A stretch of DNA of 32,000 nt. It comes from Corynebacterium amycolatum (lineage in GTDB: Bacteria > Actinomycetota > Actinomycetes > Mycobacteriales > Mycobacteriaceae). Shown here piece by piece: positions 21,001-29,367 of the stretch (positions are counted from its first letter, which is position 1; each line of letters starts with the position of its first letter). The notes below the pieces were generated by a model. The model did not search any database. It was not told where the DNA came from and saw only the letters and a list, made by a program, of their open reading frames with translations. Both the position numbers and the translations under genes were made by a program. The stretch is taken from the NCBI RefSeq assembly GCF_049243625.1, contig NZ_CP046975.1; one strand, 5' to 3'.

Positions 21001-21385
21001 TCTCACGCTGGCGGATATGGGCTTCCGCATCCTGGCAACGGAGGGTACTGCCGGCATGCTGCGCCGCAACGGTGTCGAGTGTGAGGTCGTCGCAAAGCGT
21101 ACGACTGATTCCGAAGCGCCGTCTGACGAGCGCGACATTGTCGACATGATCCGCGACGGTGAGGTTGACATCATTATCAACACCCCATCCGGTTCCGCTG
21201 GCGCACGTTCTGACGGATACGAGATTCGCGCCGCTGCGGTGAGCCAGGGCGTAACTTGTGTGACTACCGCTCAGGGTGCTGTCGCCGCACTGCAAGGCAT
21301 CCTGGCACTGCGCAACGGTGAGATGAGCGTTAAGGCTCTGCAGGAGCTCCACCCGGCAGAGTTGGCTGCTCAGGAGCAGGTCTAA
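18026..21385 (+). CDS. carB: Carbamoyl-phosphate synthase large subunit
   Basis: 1119 aa. Duplicated ATP-grasp halves ([24 protein letters not shown] and [24 protein letters not shown]; [24 protein letters not shown] and [24 protein letters not shown]). C-terminal MGS-like allosteric domain. Confidence 0.98.
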   Translation: MPRRTDINHVLVIGSGPIVIGQACEFDYSGTQACRVLREEGLRVTLVNSNPATIMTDPEFADSTYIEPIETKYIEKILAKEAAEGNPIDAVLATLGGQTALNAAIQLDREGILEKYNVELIGADIPAIQRGEDRQMFKDIVAKIGGESARSRVCHNMEEVHETVAELGLPVVVRPSFTMGGLGSGLAFNQEDLDRIAGGGLAASPEANVLIEESILGWKEFELELMRDGDDNVVVVCSIENVDALGVHTGDSVTVAPSMTLTDREFQTMRDQGIAILREVGVDTGGCNIQFAINPNDGRIITIEMNPRVSRSSALASKATGFPIAKIAAKLAIGYTLDEITNDITGETPAAFEPVQDYVIVKAPRFAFEKFPGADDTLTTTMKSVGEAMAIGRNYIGALGKVMRSLENKPAGFWTVPDEDFAGERANDVNAVLEDLKRPTEGRIYDVELAQRLGASIEQIHEASGLDPWFIAEMENLQDIRKELIDAPVVTSDLLREAKYWGLSDAQIAALRPELAGEDGVRELRWRLNIHPVFKTVDTCSAEFEAQTPYHYSAYELDPAAESEVVPQTEKEKVIILGSGPNRIGQGIEFDYSCVHAALELSRVGYETVMVNCNPETVSTDYDTADRLYFEPLTFEDVLEVYHAESQSGKVAGVIVQLGGQTPLGLAERLQTAGVPIVGTSPEAIDLAEDRGEFGKVLAEANLPAPEFGTATSFAEARQVAAGIGYPVLVRPSYVLGGRGMEIVYDEATLEDYINRATELSNEHPVLVDRFLDSAIEIDVDALCDGEEVYLGGVMEHIEEAGIHSGDSACALPPMTLSGSIIDKVRESTKALAHGIGVKGLMNVQYALKDETLYVIEANPRASRTVPFVSKATSVPLAKAASRVMMGTTIAELREEGMIPSNFDGGSLPADAPIAVKEAVLPFNRFRDFEGRALDSLLSPEMKSTGEVMGLADNFGAAFAKGELAGFGELPTEGTIFVSLANRDKRTLVFPILTLADMGFRILATEGTAGMLRRNGVECEVVAKRTTDSEAPSDERDIVDMIRDGEVDIIINTPSGSAGARSDGYEIRAAAVSQGVTCVTTAQGAVAALQGILALRNGEMSVKALQELHPAELAAQEQV

Positions 21386-21386
21386 C

Positions 21387-22256
21387 ATGACCGCGAAGGC
21401 TGAAGGATCCGCAGTGCGGACAATTAAGAGTTTCGGCGATCGCCTCAGCGAGGTTGTCGCCGAGCGCGGCCGGCTCTGTGTGGGAATCGACCCGCACCCT
21501 AGGTTGCTTGATGCCTGGCAGTTACCGCGATCGGCAGAAGGTCTAGAGCGCTTTGCCACCACATGCGTCGAAGCGTTTGGTGACATCGTTGCCGTCGTCA
21601 AGCCCCAGGTGGCGTTCTTCGAAGCCTACGGTTCCAAGGGCTTTGCCGTCCTGGAGCGGACGTTGGCGGACCTGAAGGACGCAGGTGCGCTGTCGATTGC
21701 AGATGCCAAGCGTGGCGATATCGGTTCGACTATGGCTGCATACGCCGAAGCCTGGCTGTCGGATAGCTCGCCGCTAGACGCCGACGCACTGACGGTATCT
21801 CCGTACCTTGGGTTCGGTGCTCTTGATCCGGCGGTTTCGTTGGCGTTGGAGAACGGACGGGGCTTGTTTGTGCTGGCCGCGACGTCCAATCCGGAAGGTG
21901 CGTCAGTGCAGAAGGCGATGGTTTCGGGTGAGACTCTGGCTCAGACCATGGTCAACCAGGCAGCCGCTATTAATGCTCGCCAAATTGACGGTGGTGCAAA
22001 GGCGGGCAGCATCGGCGTTGTTGTTGGCGCAACGCTTGACGACGCCCCGGTGCTCAGTGACCTGCGCGGTCCCATTCTCATGCCCGGTGTGGGAGCTCAG
22101 GGTGGAACCCCGGCAGATGTAGATCGTCTGGCAGGGGAATCCAAGGGGCTTGCACTGCCGAATATTTCGCGTGCGATTCTCTCCGCTGGACCTGATCCTG
22201 CTGCGCTGCGGCGCGCAACGATTGAAGCTGCAGCTCCGTTCCTTTCCGAGAGTTAG
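21387..22256 (+). CDS. pyrF: Orotidine 5'-phosphate decarboxylase (long, type 2)
   Basis: 289 aa starting 1 nt after the carB stop. LCVGIDPHP, VKPQVAFFE, DAKRGDIGSTMAAYA, PGVGAQGG motifs. Confidence 0.94.
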   Translation: MTAKAEGSAVRTIKSFGDRLSEVVAERGRLCVGIDPHPRLLDAWQLPRSAEGLERFATTCVEAFGDIVAVVKPQVAFFEAYGSKGFAVLERTLADLKDAGALSIADAKRGDIGSTMAAYAEAWLSDSSPLDADALTVSPYLGFGALDPAVSLALENGRGLFVLAATSNPEGASVQKAMVSGETLAQTMVNQAAAINARQIDGGAKAGSIGVVVGATLDDAPVLSDLRGPILMPGVGAQGGTPADVDRLAGESKGLALPNISRAILSAGPDPAALRRATIEAAAPFLSES

Positions 22257-22277
22257 CAGCAGTTCGCCGAATTGTCA

Positions 22278-22325
22278 GAAGCCCGCGGGGACACCTCATA
22301 GAACAGGTGCCCCTGCGGGCTCTTC
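22278..22325 (+). terminator. Long GC-rich imperfect hairpin after pyrF (terminator candidate without U-tract)
   Basis: GAAGCCCGCGGGGACACCT - CATAGAAC - AGGTGCCCCTGCGGGCTCTTC. About 17 bp with two single-nt bulges, beginning 22 nt after the pyrF stop. No T-run follows, which is the I-shaped type common in Actinobacteria. Confidence 0.55.
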
Positions 22326-22393
22326 CGTACCTAGCTGCCGGGATTTTCCTAATGACCCTCGGATGGCGGTGGCGTAGGTATAGGCAAGTTACT

Positions 22394-22422
22394 GTGACAA
22401 TTCCTAGGAGATTTCGTACAAA
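22394..22422 (+). promoter_or_regulatory. Candidate sigma-A-type promoter upstream of mihF (GTGACA-N17-TACAAA)
   Basis: -35-like GTGACA (22394-22399), a 17-nt spacer, and -10-like TACAAA (22417-22422). Sequence inspection only. Confidence 0.35.
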
Positions 22423-22457
22423 AACCGTGGTCAATTTCCATTCTCCTGGGCAAACGG

Positions 22458-22466
22458 TGCTACAAT
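22458..22466 (+). promoter_or_regulatory. Candidate extended -10 promoter upstream of mihF (TGcTACAAT)
   Basis: TG at 22458-22459 and TACAAT at 22461-22466. This would give a leader of about 200 nt before GTG 22676. Confidence 0.35.
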
Positions 22467-22675
22467 CGCCGGAGTTGGTTGACCACGACCGAAAGGTGGG
22501 GCGGATAAAGCCCCGGTGTCATTTTTATCGACACCCCGTCAGCATTTGCCTCAACAACCGGTGAGTGCGGTACGGTCTCCAATCGTTAAGCACGGTGTCG
22601 TTGCCTGCCTTTGGTGGACGCGAGGCTCGTGCTAGTAAATAAGAAGCTAACCAATCTATTTTTACGGAGGAACAC

Positions 22676-23002
22676 GTGGCCCTTCCGCAGTTGACCCCGG
22701 AGCAGCGTGCAGCAGCACTCGAGAAGGCAGCTCAGGCCCGCAAGGTACGCGCAGAGCTCAAGGACAAGCTGAAGCGTGGCGCTATCGACCTGCCAGAGGT
22801 TCTCAAGCAGGCTGACGAGAACGAGATCATCGGCAAGATGAAGGTCTCCGCTCTGCTCGAGGCTCTGCCGAAGGTCGGCAAGGTCAAGGCGCAGGACATC
22901 ATGAATGACCTGGAGATTGCTCAGACCCGCCGTCTGCGTGGCCTGGGTGACCGTCAGCGTCGCGCTCTGCTGGAGCGCTTCGGCTACGCAGTGGAGGACT
23001 AG
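22676..23002 (+). CDS. mihF: Integration host factor, actinobacterial type (mIHF)
   Basis: 108 aa with GTG start preceded by ACGGAGG. Typical mIHF sequence [34 protein letters not shown] ... [17 protein letters not shown] ... [11 protein letters not shown]. Confidence 0.93.
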   Translation: MALPQLTPEQRAAALEKAAQARKVRAELKDKLKRGAIDLPEVLKQADENEIIGKMKVSALLEALPKVGKVKAQDIMNDLEIAQTRRLRGLGDRQRRALLERFGYAVED

Positions 23003-23007
23003 TCGCA

Positions 23008-23580
23008 GTGGCCGGGAATGAAAACGGTCAGTTGGTAGTCCTCGCCGGCCCTGCCGGTGTAGGAAAATCCACTGTTGTCAGTCGGCTTCGTGCCGAGGTT
23101 CCCGGACTGTACTTCAGCGTTTCCATGACCACCCGCGCCGCACGGCCGGGGGAGGTCGATGGCCGCGACTATTTCTTCGTGACCCCAGAGAAGTTCCAAC
23201 AGCATATTGATGCAGGAGAGATGCTCGAGTGGGCTGAAATCCACGGTGGTCTGCAGCGTTCTGGTACGCCGCGCGGCCCGGTGGATAAAGCTCTCGCCGA
23301 GGGGCGTCCAGTACTCGTTGAGGTGGATCTGGCGGGAGCCCGCTCCATCCGTAAGGTAGCGCCCAATGCTCACCTGCTGTTCTTGGCTCCGCCAAGCTGG
23401 GAGATTCTCGTCAGCAGGCTCACTGGTCGTGGCACGGAAACCGAGGCGCAAGTCAAGCGTCGCCTGGAAACCGCACGAGTGGAAATGGATGCTCAGCACG
23501 AATTCGATGAGGTCGTTGTCAACGACAACGTCGATGATGCTGTCGCGGCCATCGCTCGGGCGCTGACTACTGGTAAGTAA
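23008..23580 (+). CDS. gmk: Guanylate kinase
   Basis: 190 aa with GTG start 5 nt after the mihF stop. P-loop [41 protein letters not shown]. Confidence 0.94.
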   Translation: MAGNENGQLVVLAGPAGVGKSTVVSRLRAEVPGLYFSVSMTTRAARPGEVDGRDYFFVTPEKFQQHIDAGEMLEWAEIHGGLQRSGTPRGPVDKALAEGRPVLVEVDLAGARSIRKVAPNAHLLFLAPPSWEILVSRLTGRGTETEAQVKRRLETARVEMDAQHEFDEVVVNDNVDDAVAAIARALTTGK

Positions 23581-23697
23581 CAGGGCGACTCCACATCATA
23601 GATAGTAGAAATCGCTTTCGAGCAATGGTGTTTCTATTGCTATGACGATTTTTATTGTCACCCCAGTAACTCACGTTCTATTGAGGAAAGATTTCTC

Positions 23698-23976
23698 GTG
23701 ACCCAGGAAAATACCGCCACCGAGGCAGTGTTCGACCCGCCAATTGGTATTACCAACCCGCCGATCGATGAGCTGCTTGGTAAGGCTTCTTCGAAGTACG
23801 CTCTGGCTATCTTCGCTGCCAAGCGTGCACGCCAGATTAATGACTACTACCAGCAGATTGACGAAGGCATGCTGGAGTACGTTGGCCCGCTGGTTACTCC
23901 GGGGGTCGCTGAGAAGCCTCTGTCCATCGCTCTTCGTGAAATCAACGCTGGTCTGCTGGACCACACTGAGGGCTAG
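23698..23976 (+). CDS. rpoZ: DNA-directed RNA polymerase subunit omega
   Basis: 92 aa with GTG start and [46 protein letters not shown] is the conserved omega core. Confidence 0.92.
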   Translation: MTQENTATEAVFDPPIGITNPPIDELLGKASSKYALAIFAAKRARQINDYYQQIDEGMLEYVGPLVTPGVAEKPLSIALREINAGLLDHTEG

Positions 23977-24003
23977 AGCATTTCCTTAAGGGGAGATATC
24001 TGT

Positions 24004-25284
24004 ATGCATGCCGCCGGTAATGCTGACGTATCCGAATGTTTAAAGGTTGTCGTCGGGGTTGCCGGCGGCATCGCTGCATATAAGGCCGCACACGTTGTTC
24101 GAGGCTTCAAGGAACTTGGTCACGATGTTCGTGTCGTTCCCACTGAGTCCGCATTGAACTTTGTAGGTGCAGCTACTTTCGAGGCGCTGTCGGGGAACCC
24201 GGTGTCGACTACAGTTTTTGACGCAGTCGATGAGGTTCAGCATGTCCGCGTGGGGCAGGAGGCCGACCTCGTCGTCGTGGTTCCCGCGACTGCCGACTTT
24301 ATGGCGCGCGCCGCGCACGGGCGTGCCGACGACCTGCTCACCGCAACCTTGCTTGTGGCGACTTGCCCAGTGGTGTTGGCCCCTGCGATGCACACCGAAA
24401 TGTGGAACCATCCAGCTACGCGGGATAATGTCGCGACTCTTCGTCGCCATGGCACTATTGTCCTCGATCCGGCCCATGGCCGTTTGACTGGTAAGGACAC
24501 CGGTCCAGGTCGCCTGCCGGAGCCAGAGCAGATTGTTTCACTAGCATTGGCAGCGGTCGAGAATCCACGCCACTTCCGCCGCGACTTCGAGGGCGTACGC
24601 TTCATGATTACTGCCGGTGGCACCCGTGAGGCTATCGACCCGGTACGTTTTATCGGCAACCACTCCTCAGGTCGTCAGGGCTTCGCGCTAGCCGAGATGG
24701 CAGCACAGCGTGGCGCTCAGGTCACCGTGGTGGCAGGACATACGGATCAGTTGCCGACACCGCTGGGCGCGAATGTTGTAAGGGTTGATTCCACTTTGGA
24801 GATGGCCGAGGCCGCGCACGCACACTCCAAGCTGGCCGATGTCTGCATTTTTGCCGCCGCCGTCGCCGACTTCCGTCCGGCATCGACCGCTGGGGCCAAG
24901 ATGAAGAAGGGCGTCGCAGACGACGCGTTGAGCAACATTCAGCTCGTAGAAAACCCAGATATTTTGGCTACCACTGTGGAGCGTCGTAAAGCGGGCGAGA
25001 TTCCGGCGACCACGACGATGGTGGGCTTTGCGGCTGAGACCGGTGACGAGACGACGACGCCGCTCGAGCTTGCGAAGCAGAAGATTGTTCGCAAGGGCTG
25101 CGATTTGCTCATGTGTAACGACGTCTCGGGTGGGCAAACTTTCGGTGCGACTGACAATGTCGGATGGTTGCTGTCTCTCGATGGCGAGCAGTGGGACGTG
25201 CCGCGGGGCTCAAAATTCTCGGTGGCCGGTTCGATTTTGGATGCAGTTTCCGAGCTGCGACAGGAACCTCAGCCAGCGGAGTAG
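24004..25284 (+). CDS. coaBC: Bifunctional phosphopantothenoylcysteine decarboxylase / phosphopantothenate--cysteine ligase
   Basis: 426 aa with AAGGGGAG RBS. N-terminal flavoprotein domain (VVVGVAGGIAAYKAAHVVR, PATADFMARAAHGRADDLL, PAMHTEMW). C-terminal CoaB domain (ITAGGTREAIDPVRFIGNHSSGRQG, AAAVADFRP). Confidence 0.95.
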   Translation: MHAAGNADVSECLKVVVGVAGGIAAYKAAHVVRGFKELGHDVRVVPTESALNFVGAATFEALSGNPVSTTVFDAVDEVQHVRVGQEADLVVVVPATADFMARAAHGRADDLLTATLLVATCPVVLAPAMHTEMWNHPATRDNVATLRRHGTIVLDPAHGRLTGKDTGPGRLPEPEQIVSLALAAVENPRHFRRDFEGVRFMITAGGTREAIDPVRFIGNHSSGRQGFALAEMAAQRGAQVTVVAGHTDQLPTPLGANVVRVDSTLEMAEAAHAHSKLADVCIFAAAVADFRPASTAGAKMKKGVADDALSNIQLVENPDILATTVERRKAGEIPATTTMVGFAAETGDETTTPLELAKQKIVRKGCDLLMCNDVSGGQTFGATDNVGWLLSLDGEQWDVPRGSKFSVAGSILDAVSELRQEPQPAE

Positions 25285-25318
25285 CCGGTGCCTACTACGG
25301 CGACTGAACCGCTTGGTC

Positions 25319-25324
25319 TATAAT
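25319..25324 (+). promoter_or_regulatory. Candidate -10 hexamer (TATAAT) upstream of metK
   Basis: Perfect TATAAT 79 nt before the metK GTG, in the 118-nt coaBC-metK spacer. It overlaps a partial TGAAC-N6-GTCTA dyad (25305-25320). Confidence 0.3.
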
Positions 25325-25402
25325 TATCGAATCAAACGAAAACCCACGCCGCAGCGACACCGCAGGGGTGGGGAAATAATCTAGAAGAAAGTTGTACTGC
25401 TC

Positions 25403-26620
25403 GTGGCCTCTAATCTTCGGCTGTTTTCCAGTGAATCTGTTACCGAGGGGCACCCAGATAAGATTTGCGACTCGATTTCGGACTCCATCCTTGACGCTAT
25501 GCTCGCGCAGGATTCTGCATCGATGGTCGCCGTCGAGACTGTGGTGACTACCGGTTTAGTCCATGTTGTTGGCGAGGTTCGCACGAAAAGCTACGTCGAC
25601 ATCCCCGGTATTGTCCGGAGTCGATTGAAGGAGATCGGTTTCGATTCTTCTGAAAAGGGCTTTGACGGCAAAACCTGTGGTGTCTCCATTTCGATCGGTG
25701 AGCAGTCCTCAGACATCCACGACGGTGTGCACACTTCTCTGGAAGCACGCAGCTCTGGTGGAGAAGTCGAAGCAGAAGATCTCAAGGGCGCTGGCGACCA
25801 GGGGCTGATGTTTGGCTACGCTACCAACGAAACGCCGGAGTATATGCCGCTACCGATTGCACTGGCGCACCGCCTGGCTCGCCGCTTGACGCAGGTACGC
25901 AAGGAAGGGATCGTCCCATCGCTTCGACCGGATGGTAAGACTCAGGTCACCTTCGCTTACGACGAAGACAATAGCCCGGCGTACTTGGACACCGTTGTGG
26001 TGTCCACGCAGCACGACCCGGACGTCACCCAGGAGTGGATCACCGAGCAGATTAAGACTCACGTCGTCGATTGGGTGCTCGACGACGCTAACCTGCGCGA
26101 GCGTTTTGTTACCGATGAATTGAAGCTGCTGGTTAACCCTTCTGGCCAGTTTATTATCGGTGGCCCGATGGGCGATGCCGGCCTGACCGGTCGCAAGATT
26201 ATCGTCGACACTTACGGCGGTATGGCTCGTCACGGTGGCGGCGCGTTCTCGGGCAAGGACCCGTCAAAGGTGGACCGCTCCGGCGCTTATGCCACCCGTT
26301 GGGTTGCGAAGAATGCCGTGGCCGCGGGTCTGGCTGACCGCCTCGAGATTCAGGTCGCCTACGCTATCGGTCGCGCTCGCCCAGTGGGCCTCTACGTCGA
26401 CTCTTTCGGCACTGGTCACGTTTCAGACGACGCCATCCGCGAGGCTATCAACAAGGTCTTCGACCTTCGTCCGGCCGCTATTATTCGTGACCTGGACCTG
26501 CTGCGCCCGATTTATGCACAGACCTCCACCTACGGTCACTTCGGCCGAACTGACTTGGACCTGCCGTGGGAGCAGCTCAACCGCGTTGAAGAGCTCCGCG
26601 CAGCCGCTGGCCTGGGATAA
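25403..26620 (+). CDS. metK: S-adenosylmethionine synthase
   Basis: 405 aa with GTG start. [57 protein letters not shown] signature motifs. Confidence 0.97.
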   Translation: MASNLRLFSSESVTEGHPDKICDSISDSILDAMLAQDSASMVAVETVVTTGLVHVVGEVRTKSYVDIPGIVRSRLKEIGFDSSEKGFDGKTCGVSISIGEQSSDIHDGVHTSLEARSSGGEVEAEDLKGAGDQGLMFGYATNETPEYMPLPIALAHRLARRLTQVRKEGIVPSLRPDGKTQVTFAYDEDNSPAYLDTVVVSTQHDPDVTQEWITEQIKTHVVDWVLDDANLRERFVTDELKLLVNPSGQFIIGGPMGDAGLTGRKIIVDTYGGMARHGGGAFSGKDPSKVDRSGAYATRWVAKNAVAAGLADRLEIQVAYAIGRARPVGLYVDSFGTGHVSDDAIREAINKVFDLRPAAIIRDLDLLRPIYAQTSTYGHFGRTDLDLPWEQLNRVEELRAAAGLG

Positions 26621-26669
26621 ACACCACCCGCCAGCATTACCCTGGGGTAGGGCAGTAGAGTAAGACTCT

Positions 26670-28706
26670 ATGACCGACGCCCCCTTCGCACCCGCCGCCG
26701 CAGCTGAGAAGCTGCCAGTCGCGCGGGTGCTTCCGCTTTTGGGGCTGCCGCAGTTAGATCGCCCCTTCGACTACCTGGTTCCGCGCGCGCTAGCGGAGGA
26801 AGCGGTCGTCGGTTGCCGCGTGCGGATTCGCTTCCACGGCCAGTTGGTCAATGCGCTGGTGCTGGAGCGCTGTACCACGCCCACTCACGACGGCAAACTG
26901 TCCTATCTCAAGGATGTCATCAGCTCTGAGGTTGTCTATCCGCCTCAGCTTCGACGGTTGGTGGATTCTCTGGCGGAGTATTACGGCGCAACGCGCTCAA
27001 ACATCATTCGCTCCGCCATCCCAACCCGTCATGCACGGGCCGAACGTGCTCGCAAGGAGAACATGCCCCCGACGTGGGAGGAGTTGGGAAAGCTTGCCAC
27101 CGAAGATCCGGACCTTTCCGCTTGGGGCAACTATGTCTTCGGCGAATCCTTTGTCGATTCCGTCCGCAAGGGTGCCCCGGCACGCGCAGCGTGGCAGCCA
27201 GTTCCAGGCGAACAGGTGGCAACCATGCTCGCCGCACTCAGCGTTTCGGTCGCGCGCGATGGTGGCGGTGTTCTCATCATTGTGCCGGACGCACGCACAC
27301 AGGCGCGCTTTGAGAGCGCTTTTCGCGAGCTTATTTCTGCCCGTCAGCTCACTCTTCTCGGGGCTGGCCTCGGTCCCGAGTCCCGCTATCGCCGCTACCT
27401 GGATATCCTGCACGGCCAGGGGCGCATAGTCGTCGGCACGCGTTCGGCAGCATACGCGCCAGTGAAGAATCTGCGTTTAGCAGTGATTGTCGATGATGGC
27501 GATGACAACCTCGTGGATCCCCGCGCACCCTACGTGCACTCTCGCGAGGTGTTGGTGACGCGTAGTGCGCAGGAAGGATGCGCTCTCATCTTTGCGTCGT
27601 ATAGCCGTACAGCCGAGGTGCAGCTGCTCGTCTCCTCAGGTTGGGCGCACAATCTGGTCGCGGGAACTGACACCCTGGCTGAGTCCATGCCGGAGATGAT
27701 TGCCTCGACGGACACTTCCGAAGACCCGGATGACGTCAGTAGGGGACGCCTTCCTGCCATCGCTTTTCGACGGGCAAAGGCCGCGCTGCGCGAAGAGCTT
27801 CCGATCCTGGTCCAGGTACCTCGCAAGGGATATGTGCCGACACTGTCGTGCCGCTCCTGTGGCGCGCCTGCGCGCTGTCGCTGGTGTAATGGTCCACTGG
27901 GAATTCCACCGTCCGATAGCCCGGACGACCCGGCACCACCGACGTGTCGGTGGTGTGGTCGTATTGACATTCACCACCGTTGCCATAGCTGCGGTTCCAC
28001 CAAGATTCGGCCGGTCGTGGTCGGCAGTGAACGTACGGCAGAGGAGTTTGGCCGTATTTTCAGTCCATTCCCGGTCATCGCTTCCTCTGGAGAACGCATT
28101 GTTGACGACATTCCCGAAGGCCCGAGGGTCGTGGTGGCCACGCCGGGAGCCGAGCCTTATTCGCCGGAGGGCTACGGTGCAGTGATGCTGCTGGACACTT
28201 GGGCGATGCTTGGCCGGCAGGACTTGCGCGCTCATGAAGAGGCCTATGCGCATTGGTCTCGGGCTGTCACGCTTGCCCGTCCGCGGGAGCAAGGCGGGGC
28301 GGTGGTTATCGATGCGGATGCTGCAGTCCCGACTGTGGCCGATCTTCTGGCATGGGACGCGGTAGGCGCTGCGAACAGGGAATTGGCCGACCGCACAGCT
28401 GCCGCTCTGCCTCCGGCCTTTCACGTGGCAGCGGTGGATGGGACTGAAGAGGGCCTGCGTAACTTCATGGAGTCCCTGGAAGTCCCATCGGGTGCGGAAA
28501 TTCTGGGGCCGGTAGACCTTCTCCGCAACGCCAGGCCACCAGCGGGCGTGGAGCCGGGTGCACCTATTCAGCGGATGTTGATTCGCTGTGACCGTCGTCA
28601 AGCACGGGTAGTGGGAGCGGCGTTGAAGGCAGCACAGGTCGTTCGCGCGACTAGGAAGGACCCGACGCCGGTGCGCGTTGTCGTCGATCCGATTAATTTC
28701 GGCTAG
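26670..28706 (+). CDS. priA: Primosomal protein N' (PriA replication-restart homologue) with degenerate helicase motifs
   Basis: 678 aa. PriA architecture: N-terminal 3'-DNA-binding region (VARVLPLLGLPQLDRPFDYLVP), a Cys-rich Zn module (CRSCGAPARCRWCNGPL...CRWCGRIDIHHRCHSCGS), and a C-terminal domain. Where motif I/II are expected the sequence reads PVPGEQVATM and VIVDDGDDNL, and there is no GKT/GKS anywhere. This is not the HisA/TrpF isomerase that is also called PriA in Actinobacteria. Confidence 0.88.
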   Translation: MTDAPFAPAAAAEKLPVARVLPLLGLPQLDRPFDYLVPRALAEEAVVGCRVRIRFHGQLVNALVLERCTTPTHDGKLSYLKDVISSEVVYPPQLRRLVDSLAEYYGATRSNIIRSAIPTRHARAERARKENMPPTWEELGKLATEDPDLSAWGNYVFGESFVDSVRKGAPARAAWQPVPGEQVATMLAALSVSVARDGGGVLIIVPDARTQARFESAFRELISARQLTLLGAGLGPESRYRRYLDILHGQGRIVVGTRSAAYAPVKNLRLAVIVDDGDDNLVDPRAPYVHSREVLVTRSAQEGCALIFASYSRTAEVQLLVSSGWAHNLVAGTDTLAESMPEMIASTDTSEDPDDVSRGRLPAIAFRRAKAALREELPILVQVPRKGYVPTLSCRSCGAPARCRWCNGPLGIPPSDSPDDPAPPTCRWCGRIDIHHRCHSCGSTKIRPVVVGSERTAEEFGRIFSPFPVIASSGERIVDDIPEGPRVVVATPGAEPYSPEGYGAVMLLDTWAMLGRQDLRAHEEAYAHWSRAVTLARPREQGGAVVIDADAAVPTVADLLAWDAVGAANRELADRTAAALPPAFHVAAVDGTEEGLRNFMESLEVPSGAEILGPVDLLRNARPPAGVEPGAPIQRMLIRCDRRQARVVGAALKAAQVVRATRKDPTPVRVVVDPINFG

Positions 28707-28766
28707 CTGCTAAAATGAGCGCGTTATTGCTTGATTCACACCAGTTTTCTTGGAGGCTCTAAGTTC

Positions 28767-29270
28767 ATGGCAGTTCGTGAGGTACGTCTTTTCGGCGATC
28801 CGGTGTTGCTGTCCAAGGCGGAAACCGTCACTGATTTCGACGCGACGCTGTCGCACCTGATTGATGACATGTTCGACACCATGGACGAGCAACAGGGTGT
28901 CGGGCTCGCAGCAAACCAGGTTGGCGTGCTGCAGCGCGTCTTCGTCTACGACTGCAATGGCACCCGCGGGCACATCGTCAATCCGGAATGGGAAGCCATC
29001 GGCGATGAGACTGTCCACGAAATCGAAGGATGCCTGTCTATCCCGGGGATTAATGGACCCGTGACTCGGCACGCACGTGTGCGCGTTACTGGCCAGGATC
29101 GCCACGGCACACCGGTGAGCTTCGAAGCTGACGATCTGCTGGCTCGCTGCGTGCAGCATGAAAGCGACCACCTGGACGGTGTGCTGTTTTTGAAGCGTCT
29201 CGAGGGCGACGAGCGCAAGACCGCGATGCGCTCTCTGCGTGAGCAGGAATGGTTCCTCAACCGCGGTTAA
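28767..29270 (+). CDS. def: Peptide deformylase
   Basis: Start moved from 28731 to ATG 28767, with TGGAGG 10 nt upstream, giving MAVREVRLFGDPVL. Motifs GVGLAANQVG, EGCLSIPG, QHESDHLDG. Confidence 0.94.
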   Translation: MAVREVRLFGDPVLLSKAETVTDFDATLSHLIDDMFDTMDEQQGVGLAANQVGVLQRVFVYDCNGTRGHIVNPEWEAIGDETVHEIEGCLSIPGINGPVTRHARVRVTGQDRHGTPVSFEADDLLARCVQHESDHLDGVLFLKRLEGDERKTAMRSLREQEWFLNRG

Positions 29271-29319
29271 CTCACCTGCGCCTAGCCCCCCCCCGGGCGT
29301 GGCGCCCCGAGTTTCATCA

Positions 29320-29341
29320 CTAGATTAACTAGAACAACTAG
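29320..29341 (+). repeat. Three CTAG cores at exact 9-bp spacing in the def-fmt spacer
   Basis: CACTAGAT TAACTAGAA CAACTAGG, with CTAG at 29320, 29329 and 29338. Located 27-48 nt upstream of the fmt GTG and just upstream of its SD AGGAAGGA (29349-29356). Function unknown. Confidence 0.85.
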
Positions 29342-29367
29342 GTCCACCAGGAAGGAATCCACTTACT

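Noticed and set aside
19505-21601. 698-aa ORF on the minus strand, the longest non-annotated ORF in the track
   Set aside because: It lies entirely antisense to carB/pyrF, which have unambiguous homology and domain structure. Its translation is low-complexity and Arg/Ser/Ala/Gly-rich with no recognisable motif. This is a typical stop-codon-poor shadow frame of a GC-rich gene.
22307-22564. 85-aa + strand ORF in the pyrF-mihF spacer (MPLRALPYLAAGIFLMTLGW...)
   Set aside because: Its start codon lies inside the 3' arm of the post-pyrF hairpin, and it has no SD. The sequence is Arg-rich with no family resemblance, and it spans the promoter-like elements and hairpins. More likely non-coding leader or spacer sequence.
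27636-28601. 321-aa minus-strand ORF inside priA. Similar shadow ORFs occur at 17606-18508 and 18626-19408 (carA/carB), 9447-10310 (aroB), 15444-16214 (pyrC), 384-1148 (rarA), 14637-15299 (pyrB) and 2522-3091 (alaS)
   Set aside because: All are fully nested antisense to well-supported + strand genes. They lack RBS and start context and have Arg/Pro/Gly-rich compositions typical of antisense frames. None has a recognisable domain signature.
29286-29294. C9 homopolymer in the def-fmt spacer as a possible phase-variation switch
   Set aside because: With roughly 29% C, an i.i.d. model already predicts on the order of one C9/G9 run per 32 kb on the two strands. It is intergenic, not in a reading frame or between recognisable -35/-10 elements. 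Noted only as context for the CTAG repeat and as a likely sequencing-error hotspot.
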